The notes under the pieces were generated by a model, which saw nothing but the letters and a program-made list of their open reading frames with translations, had not been told where the DNA came from and did not search any database. A stretch of DNA of 64,000 nucleotides from NCBI GenBank assembly GCA_048213135.1, contig PS015009.1, positions 1,240,001 to 1,304,000 on the forward strand, written 5' to 3'. Positions within the stretch are counted from its first letter, which is position 1. Every line of letters starts with the position of its first letter. Positions 37,768 through 47,974 of the stretch are shown piece by piece. Both the position numbers and the translations under genes were made by a program. Source of the stretch: Reclinomonas americana ATCC 50394. Taxonomy: Eukaryota.

Positions 37768-38373
37768 TTAGAAATTGGCGGCAATGCCGATCCTGGCATA
37801 GGAAATATCATACCCCACTTCCGCGAAAGCGCCGAATGAAGGCACAAAATTGTACTTCGCTCCTATAAAAGCACCAACCACCGAATTCAGTTTATTGTAA
37901 TCGTGCGGGTTTGTTTCGTAGGCATCATCTTTATAATCCATCACCCTTACACCAGCCGTAACACCCGCGTACGGATCAAACTTGTTGTTTTTGTCCTTCA
38001 GCAAAGTAAGGTGGTAAGTACCCCTAACGCCAATGAAGTAATTATTCCACCTGGCGCGGTTACCGGTTGATTTGTAATTGTACCATGCCGTTTTTACCGC
38101 CGCGATCCCGCCTACGCCAATGGTGCCCGGCCCCACATTATTGATGATGCCCTGGTCATAAGTAATGGCCAGTGCCGGTAAAGTATTGTAATCTCCATAA
38201 TAGCCGTATTCAATACCCGCGCCCGCAGATACGCCCAGGCTTTTTGACCCTTTAACAAATGGCGCTCCCGAAGACTCCCATTTCTGTGCCATAGCCGGTG
38301 CCGATAACAGGCTGGCGATAACAAAAACCCCGGCCGCGATGAATGATTTTCCTGTGATTGTTTCTCTTTTCAT
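37768..38373 (-). CDS. Small (about 8-stranded) outer-membrane beta-barrel
   Basis: Signal peptide ending AMAQ; FDPYAG, GAFAEVGY, terminal IGIAANF. Confidence 0.85.
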   Translation of the reverse strand: MKRETITGKSFIAAGVFVIASLLSAPAMAQKWESSGAPFVKGSKSLGVSAGAGIEYGYYGDYNTLPALAITYDQGIINNVGPGTIGVGGIAAVKTAWYNYKSTGNRARWNNYFIGVRGTYHLTLLKDKNNKFDPYAGVTAGVRVMDYKDDAYETNPHDYNKLNSVVGAFIGAKYNFVPSFGAFAEVGYDISYARIGIAANF

Positions 38374-38544
38374 ACTATTGATTATTGGTGATATATTACT
38401 TTTATTTTTTATTGTAACGCCCTGCTGTTGTTGGTTTCAACCTATGGACTACCGCTATAATGATGCCAGAATTGAACTATTATACGACCGTTACCATCAT
38501 TTAATTATGTCATTCCGCGTACCTTTACTTTTAATTAACAACTG

Positions 38545-39264
38545 ATGAAAAAAATCGCGATGATACCGGCCCGTTATGCCGCCACCCGTTTCCCCGCTAA
38601 ACTGATGCAGGTACTGGGCAGCAAGACGGTTATCCGTCATACGTATGACAATACCGTAGCAACGGGTTTATTCGATGAAGTGGTGGTGGTAACCGACAGT
38701 GATATCATTTATAAAGAGATTACAGAAAACGGCGGGCGGGCAAAAATGAGCGTAAAACAACATGAAAGCGGCAGCGACCGTATTGCCGAAGCTGTGGCTG
38801 ATATGGACATCGACATTGTGGTAAATGTCCAGGGCGATGAACCTTTTGTACAGAAAGAACCATTGGAAAAGTTACTGGCGGTATTTGCAGACGATACCGT
38901 ACAGGTAGCTTCGCTGATGCAGGAACTGAAAGAAGAACAATTTATACAGGACCCCAATTATGTAAAAGTAGCTGTAGACATGAACATGAATTCATTACTG
39001 TTCAGCCGCAGCCCTATACCCTACCACCGCGATAAAACGGTAACCCCGGTTTACTACGAACACAAAGGGGTATATGCTTTCCGTAAACAGGCACTCATGG
39101 ATTTTACCGGGTGGCCCATAACGCCGCTGGAAGCCGCCGAAAAGGTGGAATGCCTGCGCTACCTGGAGCATGGCATCCCTTTACGCATGGTGGTGACCGA
39201 TTATATGGGCATCGAGATCGACACCCCCGAAGACCTGGAAAGAGCGGCATTGCTTTTACAGTAA
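38545..39264 (+). CDS. kdsB: 3-deoxy-manno-octulosonate cytidylyltransferase
   Basis: [49 protein letters not shown]. Confidence 0.95.
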   Translation: MKKIAMIPARYAATRFPAKLMQVLGSKTVIRHTYDNTVATGLFDEVVVVTDSDIIYKEITENGGRAKMSVKQHESGSDRIAEAVADMDIDIVVNVQGDEPFVQKEPLEKLLAVFADDTVQVASLMQELKEEQFIQDPNYVKVAVDMNMNSLLFSRSPIPYHRDKTVTPVYYEHKGVYAFRKQALMDFTGWPITPLEAAEKVECLRYLEHGIPLRMVVTDYMGIEIDTPEDLERAALLLQ

Positions 39265-39322
39265 GGCTTGCTTATTTTCGCATTATCATATTCATCAACC
39301 CACTGCTGATAAAAGAATATTT

Positions 39323-40396
39323 ATGGCATTCCGCAATTTTAAAATGGTAGGCTACGTCGTTTACGGACGCGGCTCTTTCAATCAACTCGACGAGATACTG
39401 GAGCCCAACCGCAAAGGCGATGCTCCCATGATCTTCCTGGTAGATCATTTTTTTGAAGGTAAAGAACTGGTGAACCGTGTTCCGGCCAAGGGGAAGGACA
39501 AGATCATTTTCGCCGATGTTACTTATGAGCCCAAGACCACTTATGTAGACAGCCTGGCCAACCAGCTGAAAGAAGAGTTTGGAACCGTGAGCGGTGTCAT
39601 TGGCATTGGTGGCGGCTCCGCCATGGACCTGGCCAAAGCCGTTGGACTGATGATGAACAACCCCGGTTCTTCGGCCGACTACCAGGGCTGGGACCTGGTG
39701 AAACAGCCCGGCGTTTATAAAGCCGGCATTCCCACGCTCAGTGGTACCGGCGCAGAAGTAAGCCGCACCACCGTACTGACCGGGCCTACACGCAAGCTGG
39801 GTATGAACTCAGACTTCACCCCTTTCGACCAGATCGTCCTTGACCCTGAACTCACATCCAACGCACCCGCTAACCAGCGTTTTTATACCGGTATGGATTG
39901 TTATATCCATTGTATTGAAAGCCTGACCGGTACTTATCTCAACGAGTTCAGCAAAAGCTATGGTGAAAAAGCGCTTGAACTGTGCCGCGAGGTTTTTGTA
40001 AGAAAAGACAAATGGGACGATGAAAGCGACGACCAGCTGATGATGGCTTCCTATGCCGGCGGCATGAGCATCGCTTATTCACAGGTAGGTGTGGCACACG
40101 CGGTAAGTTATGGTCTCAGTTACCTGCTGGGTACCAAACATGGCATTGGCAACTGTATTGTGTTCAACCACCTCGAAGAGTTTTATGCCGAAGGCGTGAA
40201 AGAATTTAAATACATGGTGGAGAAAAATAACATCGACATCCCAACGGGCATCTGCGCCGGTCTTACCGACGAACAGTTCAACACCATGATCGACGTATCG
40301 CTGGGTATGAAACCCCTCTGGGAAAACGCATTGGGCAAAGACTGGGAAAAACAAATGACAAGGGAAAGGCTGCGTGCTTTATATGAAAGATTATAA
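39323..40396 (+). CDS. kdnB: Iron-containing ADH-family protein, KdnB-like Kdo 8-oxidase
   Basis: GGGSAMD, YQGWDL, PTLSGTGAEVSRT.VL.GP.RKLGMNSD, FYTGMDCYIHC.ESL.GT.LNEFSK, HAVSYGLSY..G..HGIGNC match my recollection of Shewanella KdnB; follows kdsB. Confidence 0.8.
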   Translation: MAFRNFKMVGYVVYGRGSFNQLDEILEPNRKGDAPMIFLVDHFFEGKELVNRVPAKGKDKIIFADVTYEPKTTYVDSLANQLKEEFGTVSGVIGIGGGSAMDLAKAVGLMMNNPGSSADYQGWDLVKQPGVYKAGIPTLSGTGAEVSRTTVLTGPTRKLGMNSDFTPFDQIVLDPELTSNAPANQRFYTGMDCYIHCIESLTGTYLNEFSKSYGEKALELCREVFVRKDKWDDESDDQLMMASYAGGMSIAYSQVGVAHAVSYGLSYLLGTKHGIGNCIVFNHLEEFYAEGVKEFKYMVEKNNIDIPTGICAGLTDEQFNTMIDVSLGMKPLWENALGKDWEKQMTRERLRALYERL

Positions 40397-40465
40397 CGCT
40401 GATTGAATTTTACGACATCCCGGTTTTCTTTTTTAATTTTCACTTTTGATTTTTTACTTCCTGTC

Positions 40466-40915
40466 ATGAAAAATTTATTCGACCAGGCAACATACGAAGA
40501 AGTCAAACAACGCATGGACCAGCTTACTCCTTCCTCTGAAAGACGCTGGGGCAAAATGGCCGTGGCGCAAATGATGGCGCACTGCAAAGAAGCCTTCCGT
40601 GTGCCGCTGAGCGATACAAGAATGCCCCGTTCCATTATGGGTATTTTACTGGGGTGGGCTTTCAAATCAAAATTGTACGACGAAACGCCCTGGAAACAGA
40701 ACCTCCCGACGGCTCCCCAGTTCAAAGTAAAAGACGACCGCGATTTCAACAAGGAAAAAAATGAGCTGACCGAACTGGTTGACCAGTTTTATCATGGAGG
40801 CCCCGCCAATACGGGCAAATTTCCGCATCCTATGTTTGGCAGTTTTACCAGCGAACAATGGGGTATGAGCATGTACAAACATCTCGATCATCACCTGCGC
40901 CAGTTCGGGGTTTAA
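40466..40915 (+). CDS. DUF1569 / DinB-like protein
   Basis: WGKM.VAQM.AHC, HPMFG.FT.EQWG...YKHLDHHLRQFGV; ATG 40466. Confidence 0.88.
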   Translation: MKNLFDQATYEEVKQRMDQLTPSSERRWGKMAVAQMMAHCKEAFRVPLSDTRMPRSIMGILLGWAFKSKLYDETPWKQNLPTAPQFKVKDDRDFNKEKNELTELVDQFYHGGPANTGKFPHPMFGSFTSEQWGMSMYKHLDHHLRQFGV

Positions 40916-40916
40916 T

Positions 40917-42068
40917 CTATTTCAACTTTACCAGCCGTTCCGCGGCAGTATCAAGCACCGCTTCTGTTTTGGAAAAACAAAAACGGAGTACGCGGTTATC
41001 TGTAGCATTTTTATAAAACGCTGATACCGGTATGCTCGTCACGCCAAACTCTTTTGTCAATCTTACGGCAAAATCCATTTCCGTTTCATCGCTGATGTCA
41101 GCGTAGCTGTATAACTGGAAGTAACTTCCATATGAGGGCAGGGCTTTAAAAGGCGTTTGTTTCATCCGCTCAGCGAAATAATCCCGCTTGGCCTGCAGGC
41201 GGCTGCCCAATTGCAGGTACTGGTCTTTATGGCTTATAAATTCTGCCAGCGCTACCTGCAGCGGGCTGTTACAGGTAAAACAATTGAACTGGTGCACCTT
41301 CCTGAATTCTTTGGTCAGTGCAGGCGGCGCAACACAATAGCCGAGTTTCCATCCTGTACAGTCGTATACTTTGCCGAAAGAAAAGCAGACAAAACTCCGT
41401 TCATACAGGTCGGGATACTGTAACATGCTTAAATGCTGTTTGCCGTCGAATATGAGGTGTTCGTATACTTCATCGCTCAGGATAAATATACCGGTGCCGG
41501 TCACTATCGATCTCAGCTGTTCAATATCGGCGGGCTCAAGCACTACACCTGTTGGATTGTGTGGTGTGTTGAGCATGATCATTTTTGTTTTGGGCGTTAT
41601 TTTCTGCCTTACCATTTCCCAGTCGATGCGGTAGTCCGGGAAAACCAACGGAATCAGCACAGGCACACCACCATTGATCTCCACATTAGGGATATAACTG
41701 TCGTAGGCGGGTTCAAAAATGATCACTTCGTCGCCGGGTTGCAGCACTGTGGTAAGGGCTGTATAAATAGCATAGGTTCCGCCCGGTGTAATGGTGATCT
41801 CCGTTTCGGGATCCACCTTGTTGTTATAAAGCGAACTGATCTTTTCCGATAACCTTTCCCGCAGCAGCGGCAACCCGTTCATGTGAATATACTGGTTATA
41901 CCCTTCCTGCATGGCTTTGCTGACCAGGCCGGTCAATTCAGGGCTCATCGCGTAGTCGGGAAAACCCTGTCCCAGGTTAATGGCTTTATGCTGTGCCGCC
42001 AGCACACTCATGGTAGTGAAGATGGTGGTGTCAACGCCGGGAAGTTTACTTTTAATTTCAGGATGCAT
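40917..42068 (-). CDS. PLP-dependent class I aminotransferase, methionine aminotransferase (YbdL)-like
   Basis: TTIFT.MS.LA, INLGQGFPD, NTPHNPTG, SDEVYEH, SFGK....TGWK.GY, RKVHQF. Confidence 0.9.
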   Translation of the reverse strand: MHPEIKSKLPGVDTTIFTTMSVLAAQHKAINLGQGFPDYAMSPELTGLVSKAMQEGYNQYIHMNGLPLLRERLSEKISSLYNNKVDPETEITITPGGTYAIYTALTTVLQPGDEVIIFEPAYDSYIPNVEINGGVPVLIPLVFPDYRIDWEMVRQKITPKTKMIMLNTPHNPTGVVLEPADIEQLRSIVTGTGIFILSDEVYEHLIFDGKQHLSMLQYPDLYERSFVCFSFGKVYDCTGWKLGYCVAPPALTKEFRKVHQFNCFTCNSPLQVALAEFISHKDQYLQLGSRLQAKRDYFAERMKQTPFKALPSYGSYFQLYSYADISDETEMDFAVRLTKEFGVTSIPVSAFYKNATDNRVLRFCFSKTEAVLDTAAERLVKLK

Positions 42069-42134
42069 GAAGGAGGAAGTAAAAATTAAAAAATCAACAT
42101 TAAAAGACTGTTCCTCAGCGCCGCGAAGACAGGG

Positions 42135-43217
42135 TTAAAGATATTTGTCCCCTTTATTCCGTTTGATCTCCGATACATAATCCTTGATCTCCTGCTCCTT
42201 GTCTTTTTTACAGATCAGCAGTACATCATCCGTATCTACAATGATAAAATCGTCGAGGCCCTGTAGTACGATCAGCTTTTCATTCTCGGCGTGGATCATA
42301 TTATTGTTCGAATCATAAACAACAATATTGTCGCCGGCCACGGCATTGCCCAGGTAGTCTTTTTCAAGATTGTCGTAAGTACTGGCCCAGGTGCCCAGGT
42401 CACTCCAGCCGAAAGAAGAAGGGATCACGTATACATTGTCGGCCTTTTCCATCACGCCATAATCGATCGAAATGTTAACACACTGCGGGTATATTCTTTC
42501 AATCGCCGGCTTTTCCGAGGGTGTATTGAAGTGCATTTTTTCCGCGTCGAACACTTCCGCCATTTCGGGCAGGTGTTTTTCAAACGCTTTGATGATGTTC
42601 TTCACCTGCCATACGAATATGCCGGCGTTCCACAGGAAGTCGCCGCTGGCGATGAATGTTTTTGCCAGTTCCAGGTCGGGCTTTTCTATAAAGGCCTTTA
42701 CCTTATATACATTATCGGTAACCGTATGGGTTTCGTGCTGTATATAGCCATACCCGGTGTTGGGATAAGTCGGGTTGATCCCCAGTGTAACCAGGGCTTT
42801 GATATGGCTCGTAAAATGCAGGGCGTCTTTACACACATTAATAAATGCATCATCATCGGCAATGCGGTGATCTGCGGGGGCGCAAATAAGATTAGCCTCT
42901 TCGTCCAATTGCTGAAGTTTATACGCCACATAAGCCACGCAGGGTGCGGTGTTTTTACGGAAAGGCTCGCATAAGATGTTTTCTGCGGGAAGTTCGGGAA
43001 GTTGTTCCAGCACTTTGCCCTTGTACATCTCAAATGTAACTACATAAATATGCGAAGCGGGCACAAATTTGGCAAAGCGGTCATAAGTTGCCTGTATAAG
43101 GGTACGCCCTGTATTCAGTATGTCGAGGAATTGCTTGGGATGGTCTGTACGGCTGATCGGCCAGAACCTGCTGCCGATGCCGCCTGCCATTATCGCTACG
43201 TAATTTTTATTATTCAT
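42135..43217 (-). CDS. manC: Mannose-1-phosphate guanylyltransferase
   Basis: IMAGGIGSRFWPISR..HPKQF, EP.RKNTAP, PADH, FIEKP, WNAGIF, SIDYGVME, GWSDLGTW. Confidence 0.95.
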   Translation of the reverse strand: MNNKNYVAIMAGGIGSRFWPISRTDHPKQFLDILNTGRTLIQATYDRFAKFVPASHIYVVTFEMYKGKVLEQLPELPAENILCEPFRKNTAPCVAYVAYKLQQLDEEANLICAPADHRIADDDAFINVCKDALHFTSHIKALVTLGINPTYPNTGYGYIQHETHTVTDNVYKVKAFIEKPDLELAKTFIASGDFLWNAGIFVWQVKNIIKAFEKHLPEMAEVFDAEKMHFNTPSEKPAIERIYPQCVNISIDYGVMEKADNVYVIPSSFGWSDLGTWASTYDNLEKDYLGNAVAGDNIVVYDSNNNMIHAENEKLIVLQGLDDFIIVDTDDVLLICKKDKEQEIKDYVSEIKRNKGDKYL

Positions 43218-43264
43218 AATTTCTCACAAGGCCGGGGCCGCTTATTTTATACAGATAGCAAGAA

Positions 43265-44230
43265 TTAAATAATACCTTCTTTTATAAGGTCATGCAAATG
43301 AATGATACCGGCATAGATGCCATTGTCTTCCACGATCAGCTGGCTGATGTTGGCTTCCTTCATCTGGTAAAGGGCTGTAACGGCGAGTTCGTCTTTACCG
43401 ATGCGTTTCGGGTTTTTGCTCATAATGTCTTCCGCCCCGAGGTTTTCAAAAGAATCCGTTTTTTCGAGCATTCGCCGCAGGTCGCCATCGGTAATAATGC
43501 CCAGGATACGCCGGTCTTCGTCGGTCACCACAGTTGTCCCCAGCCGTTTGTTCGTCATTTCCACGATAATGGTTTTGAGACTGTCGCCTGGTAATACGCG
43601 GGGTTGTGGATTGTTAGCCGACAGGTCCCCTACTTTCAGGTACAATTTCTTTCCAAGGGCGCCACCCGGGTGATAGCGGGCAAAGTCAGTGCCTTTAAAG
43701 CCTTTCAGTTCCATCAGGCATACCGCCAGGGCATCTCCCATCACCATTTGGGCCGTGGTACTGGTAGTTGGAGCAAGGTTATTGGGACAGGCTTCCTGCT
43801 CTATCGTAGTATTGAGTATAATATCGCAATTGCGGGCCAGGAAGGACTGAAGGTTACCCACCATCCCTATCAGCACATTACCAAAATTCTTTACAAAAGG
43901 CGTCAGCACTTTTATTTCGGGGCTGTCGCCGCTTTTACTGATAAGCAGTACCACATCGTCTTGTTGTATCATGCCCAGGTCGCCGTGTATGGCATCGGCG
44001 GCATGCATAAAAAGCGCGGGTGTTCCCGTGCTGTTAAGCGTAGCTACAATCTTCTGGGCAATGATGGCACTTTTCCCGATTCCGCTTACCACCAGTCTTC
44101 CCCTGCTGCCGGCAATGGTTTGCACGGCCTTAACGAAAGCCTCATCTGCAAAGGATTTCAGACCGTTTATGGCCTGGGCTTCCAGGTCAAATGTGCGGTG
44201 TGCATTGGCTATAATGGTTTGCGTATCCAT
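43265..44230 (-). CDS. kdsD: Arabinose-5-phosphate isomerase (KpsF/GutQ family, SIS + 2 CBS)
   Basis: GIGKSA.IA.KI.AT.NSTGTP, HGDLGM, APTTSTT, YHPGGALG, ITDGDLRR; TAGGTTTG promoter at 44248-44241 favours ATG 44230. Confidence 0.93.
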   Translation of the reverse strand: MDTQTIIANAHRTFDLEAQAINGLKSFADEAFVKAVQTIAGSRGRLVVSGIGKSAIIAQKIVATLNSTGTPALFMHAADAIHGDLGMIQQDDVVLLISKSGDSPEIKVLTPFVKNFGNVLIGMVGNLQSFLARNCDIILNTTIEQEACPNNLAPTTSTTAQMVMGDALAVCLMELKGFKGTDFARYHPGGALGKKLYLKVGDLSANNPQPRVLPGDSLKTIIVEMTNKRLGTTVVTDEDRRILGIITDGDLRRMLEKTDSFENLGAEDIMSKNPKRIGKDELAVTALYQMKEANISQLIVEDNGIYAGIIHLHDLIKEGII

Positions 44231-44507
44231 GGTCAATGCGCAAACCTACCGCAATTCATCCACAATGCAAAGTATGTATTGGAGGGTGGTGAAATACCGG
44301 TAAGAAGCGCCGGAATTAATCGATGGGTTTCTTTGAAATCTGGCGATCTTTTGTTACCTTAAATAATCAGAATAAATCGTTAAAAGCGCTATTCTGAACT
44401 GCATGGGTTTGATATTGCGACAGCTTTACATTAATTTCGCTGCCCTTCAAAAACAGCGGTAAACAGCTATTTCACCGTGAGACCAAACCTATGGGAATGC
44501 AATAATT

Positions 44508-46799
44508 ATGGCAACAGCGAAAGCAAAGACAAAACAGGCAACCAAAACAGCGGCGGCTAAATCTCCCAAACAACCGGCAATAAAAACTGCGGTCAAACTC
44601 AGTTCCGGCGATCTGGCAGCCCAGTTACAATATCAATTCGGGTTCGACGGTTTTAAAGGCCCCCAGGAAAGCATCATACAAAACCTGCTGGCAGGTAAAG
44701 ACACTTTTGTGATTATGCCCACCGGCGGCGGCAAAAGCCTCTGTTACCAGTTACCCGCTATCATCAGCGAAGGGGTAGCCATCATTGTTTCTCCGCTTAT
44801 CGCCTTAATGAAGAACCAGGTTGACCTGGTACGCAGTTACAGCAGCAAAGACGATGTAGCGCACTTTCTCAACAGCACATTAAATAAAGGACAACAGAAA
44901 GTGGTGAAAGATGATCTTGTGTCGGGCAAAACCAAAATGCTTTACGTAGCCCCGGAAACCATGACGAAAGAAGAGAACATCGCTTTCTTCAAAGAACTGA
45001 CCATTTCCTTTTTTGCCGTTGATGAGGCGCATTGCATTTCAGAATGGGGGCACGACTTCAGGCCCGAATACCGCAGGCTGAGAGAGATGATGGATATGAT
45101 CAATGAGAGCATACCCGTTATCGCGTTAACAGCTACCGCCACACCAAAAGTGCAGAGCGATATTATCAAGAACCTGGGGTTGCGTAACCCGGTTACCTTC
45201 ATCTCTTCGTTTAACCGCCCCAACCTGTATTACGAAATACAGCCCAAGATCAATAAAGACCAGACCAATAAAAGCATTGTTCGCTTTATACAGCAGCATA
45301 AAAATAAAAGCGGTATTATTTATACCCTCAACCGTAAAACCACGGAAGAGCTGGCGCAGATGCTGGTGGCCAACGGTACCAAAGCCGTAGCGTATCATGC
45401 AGGGCTTGATGCCAAACTGCGAGCCGACCGGCAGGACCAGTTCCTTAATGAGGATGTGGACGTTATTGTAGCCACCATCGCTTTTGGTATGGGTATCGAC
45501 AAACCGGATGTGCGCTTTGTGATCCATTATAATATTCCCAAGTCCATTGAAAACTATTACCAGGAAACTGGACGTGCCGGACGTGATGGCATGGAAGGAA
45601 AATGTATCCTGTACTATTCTCACAAAGATGTGGCCAAGCTGGAACACCTGATGCGTGACAAACCGCTCAGTGAAAGAGAAGTGGGCGCCCAGCTGATCAA
45701 CGAAACGGTTGCCTATGCGGAAAGCAGTGTTTGCCGCCGCAAGATCCTGCTGCATTATTTTGGTGAAGACTATGACGACAAAAAGAGTTGCGGGCAATGC
45801 GATAACTGTCTTAACCCGAAAGAGAAAATAGAGGCCCGCGACAGTGCCGTTACTGTTCTTAAAGTTGTAAAAGCACTGGAAGAACGCTTCCCGGCAGAAT
45901 ATGTATTGCTCATTTTGCTGGGCAAGGCCACGCCACAGGTAAAAATGTACCGCCACGATGCATTGGATGTATTTGCCAGCGGAAACGACCAGGAACCCCA
46001 TTACTGGAACAGCCTGATCAGGCAATTGCTGCTGGCCGGGTTCATTGCCAAAGACATTGAGGAATACGGATTACTGAAATTCACGAAAGCCGGTCTGGCA
46101 TTCCTGAAAAAACCAACCTCTTTCCCGATTGTACTCAACAATCTTTTTGAAGATGCCAATGCAGACGATGAGGAGAATGAACAGGCCGCGGCGGCTTCCG
46201 GAGCTACCGACGAAAAGCTGGTAGAAATGTTGAAAGAATTGCGTAAAAAAGTAGCTAAGGAAAAGAATCTCCCTCCTTTCGTGATCTTCCTCGAAAGCAG
46301 TCTTGAAGATATGGCTACCATGTATCCCACTTCCATTACGGAACTGGAAAAGATCAGTGGCGTAAGTAAGGGCAAGGCCCTGCGTTATGGAAAACCATTC
46401 CTGGACATGATCACCAAATACGTGGAAGAGAATGATATTGTGAGGCCCGATGACTTCGTCATGAAAAGCGTGGCCAATAAAAACAATAATAAAATCTTCA
46501 TCATCCAGAATGTAGACAAGAAGATCCCGTTGGAAACCCTGGCCCGTAACCGCGATCTGCGTATCGATGAATTACTGGAAGAAATGGAAACCATCGTTGC
46601 CAGCGGCACCAAACTCAACCTGGATTATGCCATCGATGAGATGGTGGATGAATACGAACAGGATGAGATCATGGATTATTTTAAAAGCTGCGAAACCTCA
46701 TCCCTGCAGGTAGCGCAGGAAGAGCTGGCCGACAGTAATTTTAACTGGGAACAATTGAAACTGATGCGTATCAAGTTCCTGTGCGAATACGGAAACTGA
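44508..46799 (+). CDS. recQ: ATP-dependent DNA helicase RecQ
   Basis: MPTGGGKSLCYQLP, VDEAHCISEWGHDFRP, AFGMGIDK, YYQETGRAGRDG, Zn-binding CRR...CGQCDNC, HRDC. Confidence 0.97.
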   Translation: MATAKAKTKQATKTAAAKSPKQPAIKTAVKLSSGDLAAQLQYQFGFDGFKGPQESIIQNLLAGKDTFVIMPTGGGKSLCYQLPAIISEGVAIIVSPLIALMKNQVDLVRSYSSKDDVAHFLNSTLNKGQQKVVKDDLVSGKTKMLYVAPETMTKEENIAFFKELTISFFAVDEAHCISEWGHDFRPEYRRLREMMDMINESIPVIALTATATPKVQSDIIKNLGLRNPVTFISSFNRPNLYYEIQPKINKDQTNKSIVRFIQQHKNKSGIIYTLNRKTTEELAQMLVANGTKAVAYHAGLDAKLRADRQDQFLNEDVDVIVATIAFGMGIDKPDVRFVIHYNIPKSIENYYQETGRAGRDGMEGKCILYYSHKDVAKLEHLMRDKPLSEREVGAQLINETVAYAESSVCRRKILLHYFGEDYDDKKSCGQCDNCLNPKEKIEARDSAVTVLKVVKALEERFPAEYVLLILLGKATPQVKMYRHDALDVFASGNDQEPHYWNSLIRQLLLAGFIAKDIEEYGLLKFTKAGLAFLKKPTSFPIVLNNLFEDANADDEENEQAAAASGATDEKLVEMLKELRKKVAKEKNLPPFVIFLESSLEDMATMYPTSITELEKISGVSKGKALRYGKPFLDMITKYVEENDIVRPDDFVMKSVANKNNNKIFIIQNVDKKIPLETLARNRDLRIDELLEEMETIVASGTKLNLDYAIDEMVDEYEQDEIMDYFKSCETSSLQVAQEELADSNFNWEQLKLMRIKFLCEYGN

Positions 46800-46825
46800 C
46801 CAGTTTTTATTTTTTATCATATTAC

Positions 46826-46858
46826 AAGGTCCGGCGAATGCCGGATCTTTATTTTTTA
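46826..46858 (+). terminator. Terminator hairpin between convergent recQ and phytase
   Basis: aaggtccggc-gaat-gccggatctt followed by tatttttt. Confidence 0.65.
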
Positions 46859-47910
46859 ATACGCAGCCCTGCATACCCCGCAATGTCTTTCCACCGGTAG
46901 TATTGAAAAGTTCTGTCGGTACTCATAGCCACAAAAAGCCCGCCTTCAAATCCGGGCAATGAAACAGAAGTAACGTCACTGCCATCGCTCTGGTTGGTGG
47001 ATACGGGTACAGAAGCTATCCTGGTATGCAGGTGAGGATTCCCTGTTGTTCCTTCTCTCGGGTAAATGTTGAAACGGTTCGCCGACTGGTCAGACACCAG
47101 TATATAACCTGTACCATCGGGGAATGTATAAATAGAGATCCCTTCATTGTCTTCTTTAAATTCCGACACACCAAACAGCGCCAGTTCTTCATTCCCTTTT
47201 TGCGGATCAGCATAGTATTTGCGGATACCGAATTGCTCGTCTGAATAGTAGATATAACCCAGTTCATTGTCCACCGCTATCGATTCAATTTCTTTCTTCC
47301 CGCTGAAGGCGCCGAATTTCCGCACCAGCTGCAGGGCAACTTTTCCATTATCATCTACCAATCGGTATTGCCAGAGATAGGAATCTGAAGGGCCGGTTTT
47401 CCTGCCAACGATCACGAATTTTGCCCCGTCTGCCGGCCTTGTATAGACGGAAACACCCATTGGTTTTTTTTCTTTTTCATCAGTAAATACTTCCAGCCCG
47501 CCACCATCGATTTCCTGCAGACCGGGAAGAGCATAGAACCGGAGCTTGCTGGTCTCTCTTTCTGTAACAATGGCAATATCTGTTGGTTTGCCTTTTAGCA
47601 ACATGTCGTAAACGATATCTGCGTTATTGGGCCTTTGTAACCCCACAACCTTATTGATGATCTTTCCCTGGAGGTTGAAAGCATACAATCCACCGCCGGT
47701 TTCTTTATCGGTACCAATGATGAGGCTCTTCGACAGATCCGTTTTACTGATCCATATGGCGGGATCGTCTGTATCAAAAACTACTTTTTCCGTAACAACT
47801 GCAGGCTGAACGCTGCCGGGAACAACAGCCGCTTTCTTAGGTCCGTTACAGGCTCCCGCGAACAGGGAAATGCTGATAAAAAAAACAGAACGTGTCATAG
47901 ATGTTATCAT
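46849..47910 (-). CDS. Beta-propeller phytase (lipoprotein)
   Basis: Lipobox-like AGAC; DTDDPAIW, IIGTDK, EIESIAVD, DNEGISIY, GYILVSDQ, SDG.DV; start may be 47898. Confidence 0.92.
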   Translation of the reverse strand: MITSMTRSVFFISISLFAGACNGPKKAAVVPGSVQPAVVTEKVVFDTDDPAIWISKTDLSKSLIIGTDKETGGGLYAFNLQGKIINKVVGLQRPNNADIVYDMLLKGKPTDIAIVTERETSKLRFYALPGLQEIDGGGLEVFTDEKEKKPMGVSVYTRPADGAKFVIVGRKTGPSDSYLWQYRLVDDNGKVALQLVRKFGAFSGKKEIESIAVDNELGYIYYSDEQFGIRKYYADPQKGNEELALFGVSEFKEDNEGISIYTFPDGTGYILVSDQSANRFNIYPREGTTGNPHLHTRIASVPVSTNQSDGSDVTSVSLPGFEGGLFVAMSTDRTFQYYRWKDIAGYAGLRIKK

Positions 47911-47912
47911 GC

Positions 47913-47945
47913 AACATCAGTATGACCGGTGATCATACTGATGTT
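47913..47945. other. Perfect 13-bp intercistronic stem-loop between TonB receptor and phytase
   Basis: aacatcagtatga-ccggtga-tcatactgatgtt. Confidence 0.75.
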
Positions 47946-47974
47946 TTGATCAATTATTTAAAATTAAGAACCGC

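Noticed and set aside
40917-42068. Aminotransferase as the missing KdnA
   Set aside because: Motifs are class I YbdL-like, not DegT/DnrJ-type, and it is convergent with the kdsB unit.
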